From positions 7,502,001 through 7,566,000 of the forward strand of contig OZ004609.1 in NCBI GenBank assembly GCA_963924565.1: a stretch of 64,000 nt of DNA, written 5' to 3'. The translations under genes were made by a program, and so were the position numbers. The notes beneath the pieces were generated by a model that worked only from the letters and a program-made list of their open reading frames with translations, did not search any database and was not told the origin of the DNA. The DNA is from Ascidiella aspersa (lineage: Eukaryota). This document shows positions 21,601-37,138 of the stretch, one piece after another (position 1 is the stretch's first letter; each line of letters begins with the position of its first letter).

Positions 21601-22689
21601 GACAAATCTCTGTGCAATATAAATATAGTAAATTAAAATAAAAACACTAATTTTTGTTTGAAGCCGTACTTTATATACCTTTTGCCCAAACGCAATTCTT
21701 GTATCTACATCGGGGTAGACTTTTAAATAAATTGTATTTAGTGCTTAGCCGCAATATTTTTGTGATGTTTTTTGTTTCTTTTGTTTTCATATATCTCAAT
21801 TGAAATATTTTTAGTATCAGAGCTGATATGCCCGGTGCTAAGTGATATAGTATCGGCACTCGTCCGATATTCTTGTGGTATCGGTGCTAATTTAATCCAA
21901 CACGATATTGCAATTTGTTTTGCGAGCAAAAGTTGTTAACAGTCAAAAAAGATATTTCAAAATCGTTGTTCATCAACAACCAAGGGTAATTGGGCTTCTC
22001 AAAGCGCAAGATCACATTAACCTTGACAAAATGCCTACACACGTTTTAAGTTCGCCAATTTGACTTGTTTGGCCATCGTAGCAACGTTAATCGACTGCGC
22101 TTCCGTACTTCGCCCCAAATATCGGCAATCGGAATAAAACACGAAAGATTAGAGAACCCTCTATAGTCACCAAAAGTATTACAGAGCTCTTGGTAACTAA
22201 CCGTGTTACCGTCTATTTGTGATTTCATACTTGAAGCAATGCACCTGGATAAACGTTAGTTTTTCGCTACAGTTTTATCTGCAGTTGTTTGTTTTAGACC
22301 TAACGAGTCTAACTGTGAAGAAAAAAATGGTTTAGTGTCAAATCACGGGCTCGGGCATTTTACCACAATCTTCCCGGAAACGTTTCTGCAAATCATCGAA
22401 AAAAAAACCTGCAAAACGTGAAGAAAGGTGGCAAGAAATGCCACATAACGTTAGCACTAGTGTCCTTTTCTAAAAGACGTTCAACATGCCAGTAACGTAA
22501 ATTCATCGTTGGGTGACGTCATACTGCTGTGTCGTCCGAGGAAATCTATAGCTGTAAATTGACAGAAAATTTCTCCAGAGGTTTAGCAAGAGGCACAAAG
22601 CAAGGACGAAATAAGCGTCACTGCTTTCGAAAAAAATATTAACGGGAACTCACCGCAATGCAAGCCAGTAGAACGATCAGGATTCTCAT
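15690..22689 (-). pseudogene. Copy B: exon 2 deleted; predicted frameshifted pseudogene
   Basis: Exon 1 is at 22689-22654. Exons 3-11 are at 19723-19543, 19056-18883, 18578-18418, 18349-18127, 17816-17695, 17409-17205, 16992-16680, 16482-16169, 15744-15690. The 193-nt exon 2 is missing (junction 20411-20416). Joining exon 1 (phase 0) to exon 3 (phase 1) reaches a TAG inside exon 3. Confidence 0.85.
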
Positions 22690-25600
22690 CTTCTGCAAGT
22701 TCTCTTCCTCTTGTCTTCGAGTGAAAGACTGAAGATGGCTTATTGGTGCGGCGATTATATAGAGTATCGCGTGGCTTTGAAGAGGTGCTGTTTTTAACAA
22801 CCAGGCAAAATATTTTGTGGCCGCTGTTGGAGCACCGGACACCTGAGACGCAAAGCACTCTCGACAAATCGCGTCGTGGCCCTCATGCAAGCGCGTTCAG
22901 CTAACCTTCAAGTGTAGTTTCGTGCATGCCTGCCACTCTCGCCTGTCAATCATCCTGCATCTCGTCTGTGCTATGAGCCGTTTGTCACATTGATCAAGGG
23001 TCTAATCGCGCAGTAATTGCTCTCGGGACGCAAAATTCCGCTAGGTTTGCGACATCTGAAGTTCCACCTGACGATTGTTGAAGAGCTCTCGTCCAGAGCC
23101 GACCGATTCCGTGACGATCGAATCGCTGAGGTTTGTATGTTTAAGCACTACCTGCCGATGAATCGAGAGCTCGCGCAACAATCAATTCCTCTCGTGCCGA
23201 TGCAATGTTTTCAACTTGTTATGACGTTGACGATGATGTTGCTATGCCACGTGGTGCACACATGTCAAGGGCTAACTAGGAAAATCTACCGGTAATTTTC
23301 CACTGTGGTTGGATTCCGCTGACAGTTATCCAGACACTGCAAAAATGGATGCTCTCTTAATCATAGTTGATGTCTGGATCGCATTTAAGTGAAATGCAGC
23401 ACTAGGCTACAAAACAATACTATGACTATCAATATCAACACTGTTTACTTTGATGTAAATCATTCAACACACTAATAAAAGGTGATGTATTTAACTTATC
23501 TTTGTTTTTGTCTTAAGCTGTGTCTAAATCAAATAATTTTGTTAATAACGCTTCAGATGTGTAAGCAAATTATATAAGACCCATTTGTTTTTTTGTCCGA
23601 TTGGGTTTTACAGTGTAAATTTCCGAACATCTACATTTTTCCTTGTGTGTTTCGTAAAATGCTTGCTGCACGTTAAGCCCCAAAGCTGTGTTTTAATTGT
23701 TTCAATGTGGTTCGCTACTTCGCACCTTGCAGTAGATACATTTTATTTTAGGCACCACAATTGGCGCTGTTTTCGAATTATCCGTGACGATCGAACCACT
23801 GAGGTTTGTCTGTTTTAAGCATAACCTGCCGATGAATCGAGAGCTCGGGCAGCAATCAATTGTTCTCGTGACGATGCAATGTTTTCCGGTTGTTATGACG
23901 TTGACGATGAGGTTGCTATGTCACGTGGCTCACAGATGTCAAGCGCTAAATTGGAACTTACTGGTAATTTTCCACTGGGATGTATATCAATCAAAGCAGC
24001 ACTTAGAGTGTATTCGGGTTTTGATTTACCACCTTAGCTTGCCCTGTTAACACGAATTTAGGCACTTTACAACTACTCCTATCTCACATATTTATGGAAC
24101 ATTTCTTTACGACAAACAGTTAACCTAAAGTCTTTTTAAAAACCCAGTTTAAAAACCTGGGTATGCGTGTGTATGAAGATGGAATTATCTAATTTGATAG
24201 GCGCATTATTTCGCTTTAAAAAATACATTTTAATGTTTTTAACAATAGTTTATAAAATAAAGTGTTTTTTATCTTGTGTCGATCTTAAACGTATTGTTTA
24301 GGTATCACTAATCAGTAACCTGCACTTGATAATTTCGGGGACTTTGGCAAGTTCTGAACGTTTTAAAATAAATGTAGCAATTATTTTAGCGAAACCGGAA
24401 GAAAATACCCTGGTCTGTGTCTGAATTGGTTAGCAAGTATTCAAACACGCCACCTAGCAGCACAAAGATAATTTAGCAACTGTTACATTTGGCGTTTTTG
24501 TTTAAACTTTAGTTGAAATCACTTTTCGGAAAAGCAGCTTTATGTATTGCGAAGTAGTAATGTTCTTACAACATATCTCCCTTTAAATTTTGTTTTATTC
24601 TGTATTTTCTGTTGGAGAAAACGAAATTTAAATATAGTTGTTTTTATTCAATTTTCGAGTCATAAATAATATGACTATAGGCCTATCACTTTGCCTCCAC
24701 TCCAATGCATATTGGCCAAATAGGTGTTTTAGTTTGTATTTATTAAAGGAGGAATTAAAATATTCTCTTAAATGTGCATTTGTTCTGAATATGCTAAAAT
24801 ATATTCAAAATAAAGCGGCTACTTTTTAACATACCCGTGTATGGCAAAGATTATTTAGATATTAGTAGGTTTTCTGCAACATATCAGATTTCATGTTGTG
24901 CTAAACGGGCTTGAAATGGTTAACTTTTGCATACGCAATAAACTCCTAGATTCAATGTAGAGTAACTAAATCAGGAAACTTCATTAGGAACATTTTGGTT
25001 TATAATTTTTGGCAGTTGAAAAATATTTGTATAATTTTAAGCGCTTAGCATATTTTCAGACAAAACTGCATAAACGTTATTGCTACACTTCATAAATAAT
25101 ATTGTTGCAAAGTTGTATTCAGGTGAAAAGTCAAACAAGGATAAGCATCGATGAAGAATACCGCTCGATTTTTTGGTTGCGGGGGAGCTGGAAAGGATTG
25201 TCTGGCGAGCGGTGATATAGGCAGCTAGTTGAAGAATTTGTGGAAAGTTGCAGTTCGGGACGGGCGCAAGTGGGTCGGGCTTTGCGGTGAGGGGCAGCCA
25301 AAGGGCTTTCGGACAAATTCGGGTTTGCAAAAGGTTTATTTTGTTTCCAAAACTGTCTGCGCAACGTTGTTCAGCAGCTAGCTAGCTAGCAGCAAGCAGT
25401 TTCACCTTAGGCTCGATTGTTACGTCATAATGCCCTGGAAGGTGGCGAGATTCGTATGCGCTAATGCATTAGGGAAAAAGGCCGGTTCAGTATTGGGAGT
25501 TTTTTTCTTTGCGATTAGGAGCGTTTATTGGTTTTTGTTTAGTTGTTTATGTTCGACACAATAAGTCAAAATTTCAAAGTGTTAAAACAAGTTGCGCTTT

Positions 25601-25930
25601 ATTGTTGCTAAAGGGAAAAATAGTTAGAGCTCTAGATTTTATCACATTTTAGTCGCCATCGAAAATGGGCAAGTTGTTCGAGGGTGCTAACAAACATAAA
25701 ATGAATGTTGATACTCCTGTTTTATCCTATATCATTAGCAGTATTTCCTGAAATCAAACAAAACCGTCTGCCCAAAAAAGTCAACTTGAAACAAACACAA
25801 TTTAATGTTGTTATTTTTGTTTTATTTTTCCGCAACGATGTTGGAAATCAAGTGAAGGCTTATTAAGTAAGCCATCACAATTCTAATTGGCACTACGTTT
25901 CCGAACATCGTCCACTGGTTGACGGTATAC

Positions 25931-28900
25931 TCAGCAGAACCTGTAGCGACCTCCGTAGCAAGACAGGCGGTATCTGTAGGTACGGCTGAAAGAAAACAAC
26001 AAGGATTAGGTACAAACCAAATATCAGCTTAAAAATTCCAAAATGCTTTGCGGTTGAATTCTATTGACATGTGTGCCGCTATTTTTCGTTAGAATGGATA
26101 AAAGACAATTAACTATAAACTAAATGTAAAAAACGCTTCACAAAACGGAATAACCTAGGATTAAAAACAAAAAAGTTTTGCAAACCTTAACATAACATAA
26201 CGACAACATTTTCCAAATTACATTACGTAAAGGGCTAGATTCCAATTTGTTTACATGGGTGCAAAATAGTTAAGACCATAATATTCTCCATCCGAAAGAG
26301 ATCGTCTTCATAGAACAGAAACACTAAACTATTGCCAATCTTATTGCAACGGGAAAACAGCAGGAAAGGTGAAATTAATCTAATTGCAATTAAGTAAAAG
26401 GCGACTTACCAGTAAGAGCGGTACTTGTAGCGGTAGGTGCAGCCGCTTGGATAGCAGATGCTCCACTTGTAGTAGTTGCCGAAGCAGAAGCCGGGGAAGC
26501 ACCACCTGGCGATCTTGCATTTGTAACAGCAGGAATAATGCTGAACCAAAGCGGGCAAGTCGGTTTGCCAGCACTCGTCGAACTTGGCAAGGATCTCGTC
26601 ATCCCTGTATTTGTTCAATGCAGCGAGATAACTGGTGAGGAGTGTGGTGACCTCATCGGGCAAGGTTTCGCCGAACATGAACTTCAGCATGCTCGTGTAA
26701 CGACCAATTTGAACTTGAATGGCCTGGAAAGTGCAGTTTCCAAATAAAAACTGGCTCGTTGAATAAAAGGTATTCGCACAGTTTTGCCCAGCGTATGGTG
26801 TAGCACTTTTATTTGCGAGTGACCAAAAAACTGAAATCAAGTCCAATGAACGCAGAATATTTGTGCAATATTTACTTAATCAACACCGTGTAAATATAAT
26901 AATACGTTAGACCCCATTACTCACATCGTCAACGGCCTTCTTAAGACATTCTCGTTGTGCGTCGCGTTTTCCTTCCAACTTTGTCTGATATTCACCGATT
27001 GCCGTAGTTCTGTCAGTAAGACACGTTGAGTACTTGGTTTTGACGTCTTCGATGTAGCCTTCAAGACGCAGTTTGTAGGCGTCGCGTTTTGCGTTGAAGT
27101 CTGTCTCGGCATCGTCACGGTAACCCTTGAGCTTTTTCTCGTATTCTGTCACTTTGCCGTCAACCAAACCTTCCAATTCGCTCTTTTTAGCGTCAACCTC
27201 TGTTTGCTGCTCGGTCGTCAGCTCCTTGGAATTGTTGCTGCAAAGTCAAATAATAACAGTTTAAGCAATTTCAATTAAAAAGTAGTTGATTTTCAGATTT
27301 CTGATAACAAGTAGTTGATTTTTGTAAAACAAAGCTCAAGTGATGTTCGAACCAAAAAACGTCGGAATAGGGACACAAGCAAACTGGAATGAGTTCGAAA
27401 CTTGGTGAAAGAACGATGTGCTAATGCGGCGATGAAGAAAGCAACTTGCATGCAATAGTAGTGGTTGATCAATTGGTTGACTTCCCACTCGTCACGAGCC
27501 TCGACCACTTGGCGATACTTAGTGGAGTAAGTTGCATGGATACCCTCCCACTTGAGCTTCCAAGCGTCGAACAAGCCTTGGATTTTAGTGATTGCGTCGT
27601 CCTTTGCTGTTGTCATATCCTTAACGGCATCGTCTGCTGTTGGGTTAACTGCGTCTGTAAATAGAAGCACAAGTCAAAACAAAATTCATGGCAATATAAG
27701 TGTAAACATTGTGCTCCTAAAGAAAAGCCGTGGATAGACGACATTCAAAAAGTGGTTAAAAATCTATTAAAAGGCGACAAATCGTATTAAACGGCTTTCA
27801 TGAAAAAGTTTCATAGTTCCTTTAAAAGTCAAATATTGCTTTTTTATGGCAATAAAAACGTAACTAAAAACAAGGTAAAGTATAAATTATTCAAGTTTCG
27901 TTTAAAAACTAAACAGAAAGTATCGCATGGTTTACTTACCAACGTCGCAAGTCTTCAGGCCAGTGTAGCTGACTTTACGCCATCTGTAGCAGAATGGGCC
28001 GATGGAGTATGAGCGGACACAATAACTGCTCTTGAAGCAGTACCAGTTTCTCAGACTGCGACTTTAAACGAAATTAACATTGAGTGGATACTATCTACTG
28101 AATTACAACAGGTTTTTAGAAATAATTTACGTGTTTAACATTCTGGTAAGAGTTTGTCAATTGTAATAACTTTTGTGGCACTTAACCCGTTTCGTATAGG
28201 CAGGTTCATATTGACCGTATGAATATTTTGAATAGGCAATATAATTATGTAGAAAAAGTACTAGGAATTGTGGAACACGTTTGTTGATATATTTAGTATT
28301 TGTTAAAATAGCATTGTTTTATTTGTTATTGTGCGATATTCTGTTTAGTTTTGCAGAATCAAAGCACTCACCATCCATGATAGTAGTTACGCTTGTAGAA
28401 TTTGAGGTAACAATTGGTGAGGAAGCATCTGTAGGCGCAAGAGTAGTACATGACAAGCTTATCCTTATTTTCGTTCAGCTTGGTTTCGTATTCATCCGCC
28501 CAACCAGTGATCTTAGCAGTTTCGTCATCGCTGTACTTGGTAATGGCAGCTTCAATCACCTCGTCGGTCAAATGTGTTTCCGTGTCCAACTTTTCTGTAA
28601 ATTGTTGCATTGCAATGACTCGAGCAGTTATCGCATTGTAAGTTGATCGACGTCCAACCTACCGTGAGCGCGTTCAAGGGAGCAACGAAGAGCCGCCTTC
28701 TTCTGTTCAAGGATTTTGTTGTGGTATTCGGTGAACTTCGTCTTGTAGTCGGTCACCTTTTGAGCCAGGGCGGACGTGTATTCAGTGATCTTGGTGTTCC
28801 TTGTATTAAGGCATTCGACGGCACTGCAAACAATATTTGACGGTTTGAATGGCATATTAAAAGGTACTGTGTTTGCTAAATTATAGCACTTGATTTGTCA

Positions 28901-31900
28901 AGATTAAAATCGTTTTCCACATATCTTGACGTTTACTTAACACTGTGATATATTTATAAACAACTATATGGAATTGCAAGAATGTGCCAAAAAATGTCCT
29001 ACGGTAATGACTACGTTATCACACATATTAAATTTAAACTTTTTAAAATGCCAAATGCAATCGCAGTAAGATTATTGTTGCATATGTTTGGTATTTAGAT
29101 TTTTTAAGTGAATAAGTATTGAAGGTATCCAACCGTGAGACCAACTCCTTGTGGTAATCTTCAACCGCTGTTTTCTTTGCCGCAAGAGCAGTGCCATAAT
29201 CGCTTTTTGCTTTTGTGACTTTACCGTCGATATCTTCGTTGTAGAGTCTTATCTTTTCATCCCTTTCGTCGCGAAGTGTTTGTTTATCCGCCTCCTCTTC
29301 TTTGGCACTGTTAGAAAGAAAAAAAACATTATTACAAGGTTTTGTGAATCTCTTTTGTGAAAAAAACAAATAAACATTAAACTGGATCTTTAACAGAAAA
29401 ATAAATTGAGCATAAATTAATGTATCAGGCAGTTTATTGGCCGTACGAAAATTCGAGTTTGTATGTTTTTTTGTTTAAAATTTATTAGGCTAATGTTCAC
29501 CACCAACCATTTCGGACTGTCGTTTTAGCTTTTAAACCAGTGGTTCCCAAACATGTTTGGCTCGCTGCACACATAAAAATCTTAAGTATTTCGCGGCACA
29601 CTTTTAACAGAAAACAATAGAGTAATCTTAAAATCGCCCTTAACACACGACGAACTATATGTAAAAGTCTCAAAATTATTAGTTTGTAATGGATAGTGCG
29701 TATTTAAGTGTAAAATGATTGTGTATATGCCTATTTGTAATACAAATACTTATTACTAAATCATGAAATGTTAATATAAAGAACGTCTAATTACTCAATC
29801 AAGTATTTGTAATATGTTTCAATGTGATTCTTGAAGGCATCTTTGTAGAGGCCGGCACGCTTGTCTAAGTCGGCTTCCCAGTCGGTTTTACGCGAGTCCA
29901 TCTCTCCAGTGATCCTAGTGTACTCAGTTGAAAGTTCTCCTTCCATTTCTGTTTTGACTTCGTCGACGGTTTTTTCTGCAAAACAATGGTGATTTTCAGA
30001 CGGAGAAGCATTACCAAGCTAATACCCTGCATTAAAGAATAACGTTAAGCTTTTTGCATTCATAAACAGCTTCAACTTACAAGACAAACTTAACTGCTAG
30101 ATTTTTGACGGTAATGAATAAATAATAAATAAAAGGGGTGGGGCACTGCTAGATTTAGCACTTGCAGATTATTGCGTCATAATTAAATAAAAACAATGTG
30201 GTTTCGAGGGGCGCAAGAGAGTGTTGCCAACAAGGGAGCGGCGAAATGTGCAGCCAACTGAACAACTCGGTGGAAATCTGTTTTTGGGCTGGATGCCGGA
30301 GGGTAATTCGTGGTGGCTATGCGAGGCCAAAGAGTTCCCGAACGAATTTATGCGAGGCAACTTCGCAAAAGTTTTATTTTGTCTCCCAAAACCTATGCGC
30401 AACGTTGTTCAACAGCTGTCTAGCAGTAACAGTTGACCTAAAGTGCGAGTATTACGTCACAATGCCGTGTAAGGTGGCGTGATTTTCTAGTGCTGTAGAG
30501 AAAAAGGCCAGTTTAGTAGTGAGTGTATTTCGCAAAAGAAAAAGCAGGCGAGCACTTTTTCCTTTGCGCATATGCAAGGTTGTTTCATGTTTTAAAGTTT
30601 GCATATCTTACGCAGGCTGCTTCAAGTTTGGCAAAAACTTTTAAATTTAGAGCAACCCAAAAATTATTTATTTAAACAAAATTTCTCCTTACATAAAGCA
30701 AAAATGTCTCCTCTAATCTTGTTTTAACGCTCTGCGCCTTGATTTCATTCTTATTTTTGGCGGTAATTAATTTTAGTTATTCATTGCAAAACTGTATTGT
30801 TTTTGAAAACCAGAAATTGGTGATAATCTAAGAAAGCGTCAAACCTTGCCATCCCTCTGTCCCACAGTCGCTCTTTGGGTAGTAGCTAAGGATTTTAGTG
30901 TAGTAACTGCTCGTGCACCAGCAGCTCTTGAAGTAGACGTTAAACCTCCAGAAGGTGTAGGGAGGGTAAACGTTGAAATGGTGGGAGCAGTAGTACTTGT
31001 AGCCGTACGTATAATAATACGAACCGGCGTTGGCCGCCTGCATTAAACAAAATGCTGTGATTAGCAAAGTTTTTATTCAGGGAAATTGAAAGTTAAGGTT
31101 CCTTAAGCAAATTTATGGACTTAACCTTTACAGTTTTTAGACAAACTTCAAACAAAGTATATTTTTTATGTATTTGTTTAATCTAAACAATATTCAAAAC
31201 ACAACCAATTTCATTTCAAACCGGCGCTTCTCCTTACCAAGGTAAAAAAGGCAAACACGCGTGGTTGCTGATTATTTTTATTGGTTAAGCTCAATTTTAA
31301 CCTCGCAGCAGCCGCAACCAGGATTCCCCGTAGTTGACAAATTCATTAGCAGGCTTCAATAGGCTGGGCTGCACACATGTTTTCTGTATTCTTAACTAAG
31401 ATAACCAGTATACCATACGTAAGTAAGTTGCTGAGCACCTGTGTTTAGAAAACCAAAACAGCCTTGAAGCTCTTTTTTTAATTGTTGAAAAACGTACTAT
31501 ACACAAATCGAAAATGGCTAATGAAAATACAACAACAAAAACAACAAGTTACGGGTTTTGTTTGAAATATTCAGCAATTTGTTTTATGTTTTACTTGTTT
31601 TAGTGCAATACCACAGGCGTTTTGTTTTCAAAAAAAACTTTACAAAAATAGAAGAAAAAAGAACTGGAGAAAAACTTACGAGTTTTAGGCGATAAAACAG
31701 TGAGAAATCATTTAAAGGAATAAACATTTAAGGGGATACACTTAAACGCGCTTTATTATTAGCAGGCTCACTTCCCATCTGTCAACTGTGGGGAATAAAG
31801 TATAAAAGTCAAACAAACAACGCGTATATTTCTACTGAATTCGCCTAGAATTAGGCGGTATTTCCAACCACTCAACAAAATCAAAACAGTCTCAATAATG

Positions 31901-33900
31901 GATTGTAGATTGTTGGTAAATTTATCGGGCCTTCAACACATCTAGCCTTGTGTAAGGACAAAAGCTGCCTTATATAAAATTTTCAAGTGCGTAGTGGTTA
32001 AACGAGGGGTGACACATTTTTCGATGCCGATAATTGTAAGAGAGAAACATTGTTTTTTGCAAAAACTAAATTAATTTTTTTTTTGTTTTCTATTAAAAAG
32101 TCATTCAATTTTTTCCCAAAAATACAGTTTTAGAAATACGTGGAGGGAAAATGAATTGTTTTAAAGCTAGCGACCTGAAAATTTTTTTAGTATGTTTTGT
32201 TGTTGCTAGGGTTGATTAAAATAGGCTTGCAAAAAATTGTGTCCCTCTTTTTGTTCAACTAATTACTCGCAATCATTCTCAGTGCCTTAACCAACGTCTG
32301 CTGGAACGAAAGAAAAAGCTATTATTTGATGGTTGCTTGAAATCGCGATTTAAACATTCAAGTTTACAATGTGCTTTATCACCTGTCGGACCCACTTTAA
32401 TCTGATTTTTATGTTAAGATAGTAAATTTTACCAGGGATACCAACTACCACAGTCGCACGTTATGCTATTATTGTTCCCTAACGTTACGACGCACAAACA
32501 GTTTTAAAGACCTTATGCGAACATTGAAAACAACAAAATTATGCCGTTGTTTTACGTCATGTTCGGGTTTTGATTTTTAAAAGCACATGAAAAATCTAAG
32601 GAATATATCAAATAAATTGAGTCGAAACTAGAAATGTTTTGGTAAAACTAAAAGCCCGATTACCAAATTGGCGCAAGAGACACCAATTATTATCACTATC
32701 GTTTAGGAGGCCAAGATTAGTGTTTTTTATAATTAAACACAACACGTGTAGTTCTAAAATCTAGACTGCGTATAGCAGTAGAAAGAAATGCGTCCCTACG
32801 GTCGTGGAATAGACAAATCTCTGTGCAATATAAATATAGCAAATTAAAATAAAAACACTAATTTTTGTTTGAAGCCGTACTTTATATAACTTTTGCCCAA
32901 ACGCAATTCTTGTATCTACATCGGGGAATACTTTTAAATAAATTGTATTTAGTGCTTAGCCGCAATATTTTTGTGATGTTTTTTGTTTCTTTTGTTTTCA
33001 TATATCTCAATTGAAATATTTTTAGTATCAGAGCTGATATGCCCGGTGCTAAGTGATATAGTATCGCCACTCGTCCGATATTCTTGTGGTATCGGTGCTA
33101 ATTTAATCCAATACGATATTGCAATTTGTTTTGCGAGCAAAAGTTGTTAACAGTCAAAAAAGATATTTCAAAATCGTTGTTCATCAACAACCAAGGGTAA
33201 TTGGGCTTCTCAAAGCTCAAGATCACATTAACCTTGACAAAATGCCTACACACGTTTTAAGTTCGCCAATTTGACTTGTTTGGCCATCGTAGCAACGTTA
33301 ATCGACTGCGCTTCCGTACTTCGCCCCAAATATCGGCAATCGGAATAAAACACGAAAGATTAGAGAACCCTCTATAGTCACCAAAAGTATTACAGAGCTC
33401 TTGGTAACTAACCGTGTTACCGTCTATTTGTGATTTCATACTTGAAGCAATGCACCTGGATAAACGTTAGTTTTTCGCTACAGTTTTATCTGCAGTTGTT
33501 TGTTTTAGACCTAACGAGTCTAACTGTGAAGAAAAAAATGGTTTAGTGTCAAATCACGGGCTCGGGCATTTTACCACAATCTTCCCGGAAACGTTTCTGC
33601 AAATCATCGAAAAAAAACCCTGCAAAACGTGAAGAAAGGTGGCAAGAAATGCCACATAACGTTAGCACTAGTGTCCTTTTCTAAAAGACGTTCAACATGC
33701 CAGTAACGCAAATTCATCGTTGGGTGACGTCATACTGCTGTGTCGTCCGAGGAAATCTATAGCTGTAAATTGACAGAAAATTTCTCCAGAGGTTTAGCAA
33801 GAGGCACAAAGCAAGGACGAAATAAGCGTCACTGCTTTCGAAAAAAATATTAACGGGAACTCACCGCAATGCAAGCCAGTAAAACGATCAGGATTCTCAT
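25931..33900 (-). CDS. Copy C: 11-exon gene with the intron-8 donor changed GT>GC
   Basis: Exons: 33900-33865, 31037-30845, 29975-29795, 29307-29134, 28823-28663, 28594-28372, 28061-27940, 27654-27450, 27237-26925, 26723-26410, 25985-25931. The donor reads AT|GCAAGT at 27449-27444. Confidence 0.8.
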
Positions 33901-36900
33901 CTTCTGCAAGTTCTCTTCCTCTTGTCTTCGAGTGAAAGACTGAAGATGGCTTATTGGAGCGGCGATTATATAGAGTATCGCGTGGCTTTGAAGAGGTGCT
34001 GTTTTTAACAACCAAGAAAAATATTTTGGGGGCCGCTGTTGGAGCACCGGACACCTGAGACGCAAAGCACTCTCGACAAATCGCGTCGTGGCCCTCATGC
34101 AAGCGCGTTCAGCTAACCTTCAAGTGTAGTTTCGTGCATGCCTGCCACTCTCGCCTGTCAATCATCCTGCATCTCGTCTGTGCTGTGAGCCGTTTGTCAC
34201 ATTGATCAAGGGTCTAATCGCGCAGTAATTGCTCTCAGGACGCAAAATTCCGCTAGGTTTGCGACATCTGAAGTTCCACCTGACGATTGTTGAAGAGCTC
34301 TCGTCCAGAGCCGACCTATTCCGTGACGATCGAATCGCTGAGGTTTGTATGTTTAAGCACTACCTGCCGATGAATCGAGAGCTCGCGCAACAATCAATTC
34401 CTCTCGTGCCGATGCAATGTTTTCAACTTGTTATGACGTTGACGATGATGTTGCTATGCCACGTGGTGCACACATGTCAAGGGCTAACTAGGAAAATCTA
34501 CCGGTAATTTTCCACTGTGGTTGGATTCCGCTGACAGTTATCCAGACACTGCAAAAATGGATGCTCTCTTAATTAGTTGATGTCTGGATCGCATTTAAGT
34601 GAAATGCAGCACTAGGCTACAAAACAATACTATGACTATCAATATCATCACTGTTTACTTTGATGTAAATCATTCAACACACTAATAAAAGGTGATGTAT
34701 TTAACTTATCTTTGTTTTTGTCTCAAGCTGTGTCTAAATCAAATAATTTTGTTAATAACGCTTCAGATGTGTAAGCAAATTATATAAGACCCATTTGTTT
34801 TTTTGTCCGATTGGGTTTTACAGTGTAAATTTCCGAACATCTACATTTTTCCTTGTGTGTTTCGTAAAATGCTTGCTGCACGTTAAGCCCCAAAGCTGAG
34901 TTTTAATTGTTTCAATGTGGTTCGCTACTTCGCACCTTGCAGTAGATACATTTTATTTTAGGCACCACAATTGGCGCTGTTTTCGAATTATCCGTGACGA
35001 TCGAACCACTGAGGTTTGTCTGTTTTAAGCATAACCTGCCGATGAATCGAGAGCTCGGGCAGCAATCAATTGCTCTCGTGACGATGCAATGTTTTCCGGT
35101 TGTTATGACGTTGACGATGAGGTTGCTATGTCACGTGGCTCACAGATGTCAAGCGCTAAATTGGAACTTACTGGTAATTTTCCACTGGGATGTATATCAA
35201 TCAAAGCAGCACTTAGAGTGTATTCGGGTTTTGATTTACCACCTTAGCTTGCCCTGTTAACACGAATTTAGGCACTTTACAACTACTCCTATCTCACATA
35301 TTTATGGAACATTTCTTTACGACAAACAGTTAACCTAAAGTCTTTTTAAAAACCCAGTTTAAAAACCTGGGTATGCGTGTGTATGAAGATGGAATTATCT
35401 AATTTGATAGGCGCATTATTTCGCTTTAAAAAATACATTTTAATGTTTTTAACAATAGTTTATAAAATAAAGTGTTTTTTATCTTGTGTCGATCTCAAAC
35501 GTATTGTTTAGGTATCACTAATCAGTAACCTGCACTTGATAATTTCGGGGACTTTGGCAAGTTCTGAACGTTTTAAAATAAATGTAGCAATTATTTTAGC
35601 GAAACCGGAAGAAAATACCCTGGTATGTGTCTGAATTGGTTAGCAAGTATTCAAACACGCCACCTAGCAGCACAAAGATAATTTAGCAACTGTTACATTT
35701 GGCGTTTTTGTTTAAACTTTAGTTGAATCACTTTTCGGAAAAGCAGCTTTATGTATTGCGAAGTAGTAATGTTCTTACAACATATCTCCCTTTAAATTTT
35801 GTTTTATTCTGTATTTTCTGTTGGGGAAAACGAAATTTAAATATAGTTGTTTTTATTCAATTTTCGAGTCATAAATAATATGACTATAGGCCTATCACTT
35901 TGCCTCCACTCCAATGCATATTGGCCAAATAGGTGTTTTAGTTTGTATTTATTAAAGGAGGATTTAAAATATTCTCTTAAATGTGCATTTGTTCTGAATA
36001 TGCTAAAATATATTCAAAATAAAGCGGCTATTTTTTAACATACCCGTGTATGGCAAAGATTATTTAGATATTAGTAGGTTTTCTGCAACATATCAGATTT
36101 CATGTTGTGCTAAACGGGCTTGAAATGGTTAACTTTTGCATACGCAATAAACTCCTAGATTCAATGTAGAGTAACTAAATCATGAAACTTCATTAGGAAC
36201 ATTTTGGTTTATAATTTTTGGCAGTTGAAAAATATTTGTATAATTTTAAGCGCTTAGCATATTTTCAGACAAAACTGCATAAACGTTATTGCTACACTTC
36301 ATAAATAATATTGTTGCAAAGTTGTATTCAGGTGAAAAGTCAAACAAGGATAACCATCGATGAAGAATACCGCTCGATTTTTTGGTTGCGGGGGAGCTGG
36401 AAAGGATTGTCTGGCGAGCGGTGATATAGGCAGCTAGTTGAAGAATTTGTGGAAAGTTGCAGTTCGGGACGGGCGCAAGTGGGTCGGGCTTTGCGGTGAG
36501 GGGCAGCCAAAGGGCTTTCGGACAAATTCGGGTTTGCAAAAGGTTTATTTTGTTTCCAAAACTGTCTGCGCAACGTTGTTCAGCAGCTAGCTAGCTAGCA
36601 GCAAGCAGTTTCACCTTAGGCTCGATTGTTACGTCATAATGCCCTGGAAGGTGGCGAAATTCGTATGCGCTAATGCATTAGGGAAAAAGGCCGATTTAGT
36701 ATTGGGAGTTTTTTTCTTTGCAATTAGGAGCGTTTATTGGTTTTGTTTAGTTGTTTATGTTCGACACAATAAGTCAAAATTTCAAAGTGTTAAAACAAGT
36801 TGCGCTTTATTGTTGCTAAAGGGAAAATTAGTTAGAGCTCTAGATTTTATCACATTTTAGTCGCCATCGAAAATGGGCAAGTTGTTCGAGGGTGCTAACA

Positions 36901-37138
36901 AACATAAAATGAATGTTGATACTTCTGTTTTATCCTATATCATTAGCAGTATTTTCTGAAATCAAACAAAACCGTCTGCCCAAAAAAGTCAACTTGAAAC
37001 AAACACAATTTAATGTTGTTATTTTTGTTTTATTTTTCCGCAACGATGTTGGAAATCAAGTGAAGGCTTATTAAGTAAGCCATCACAATTCTAATTGACA
37101 CTACGTTTCCCAACATCGTCTGCTGGTTGACGGTATAC

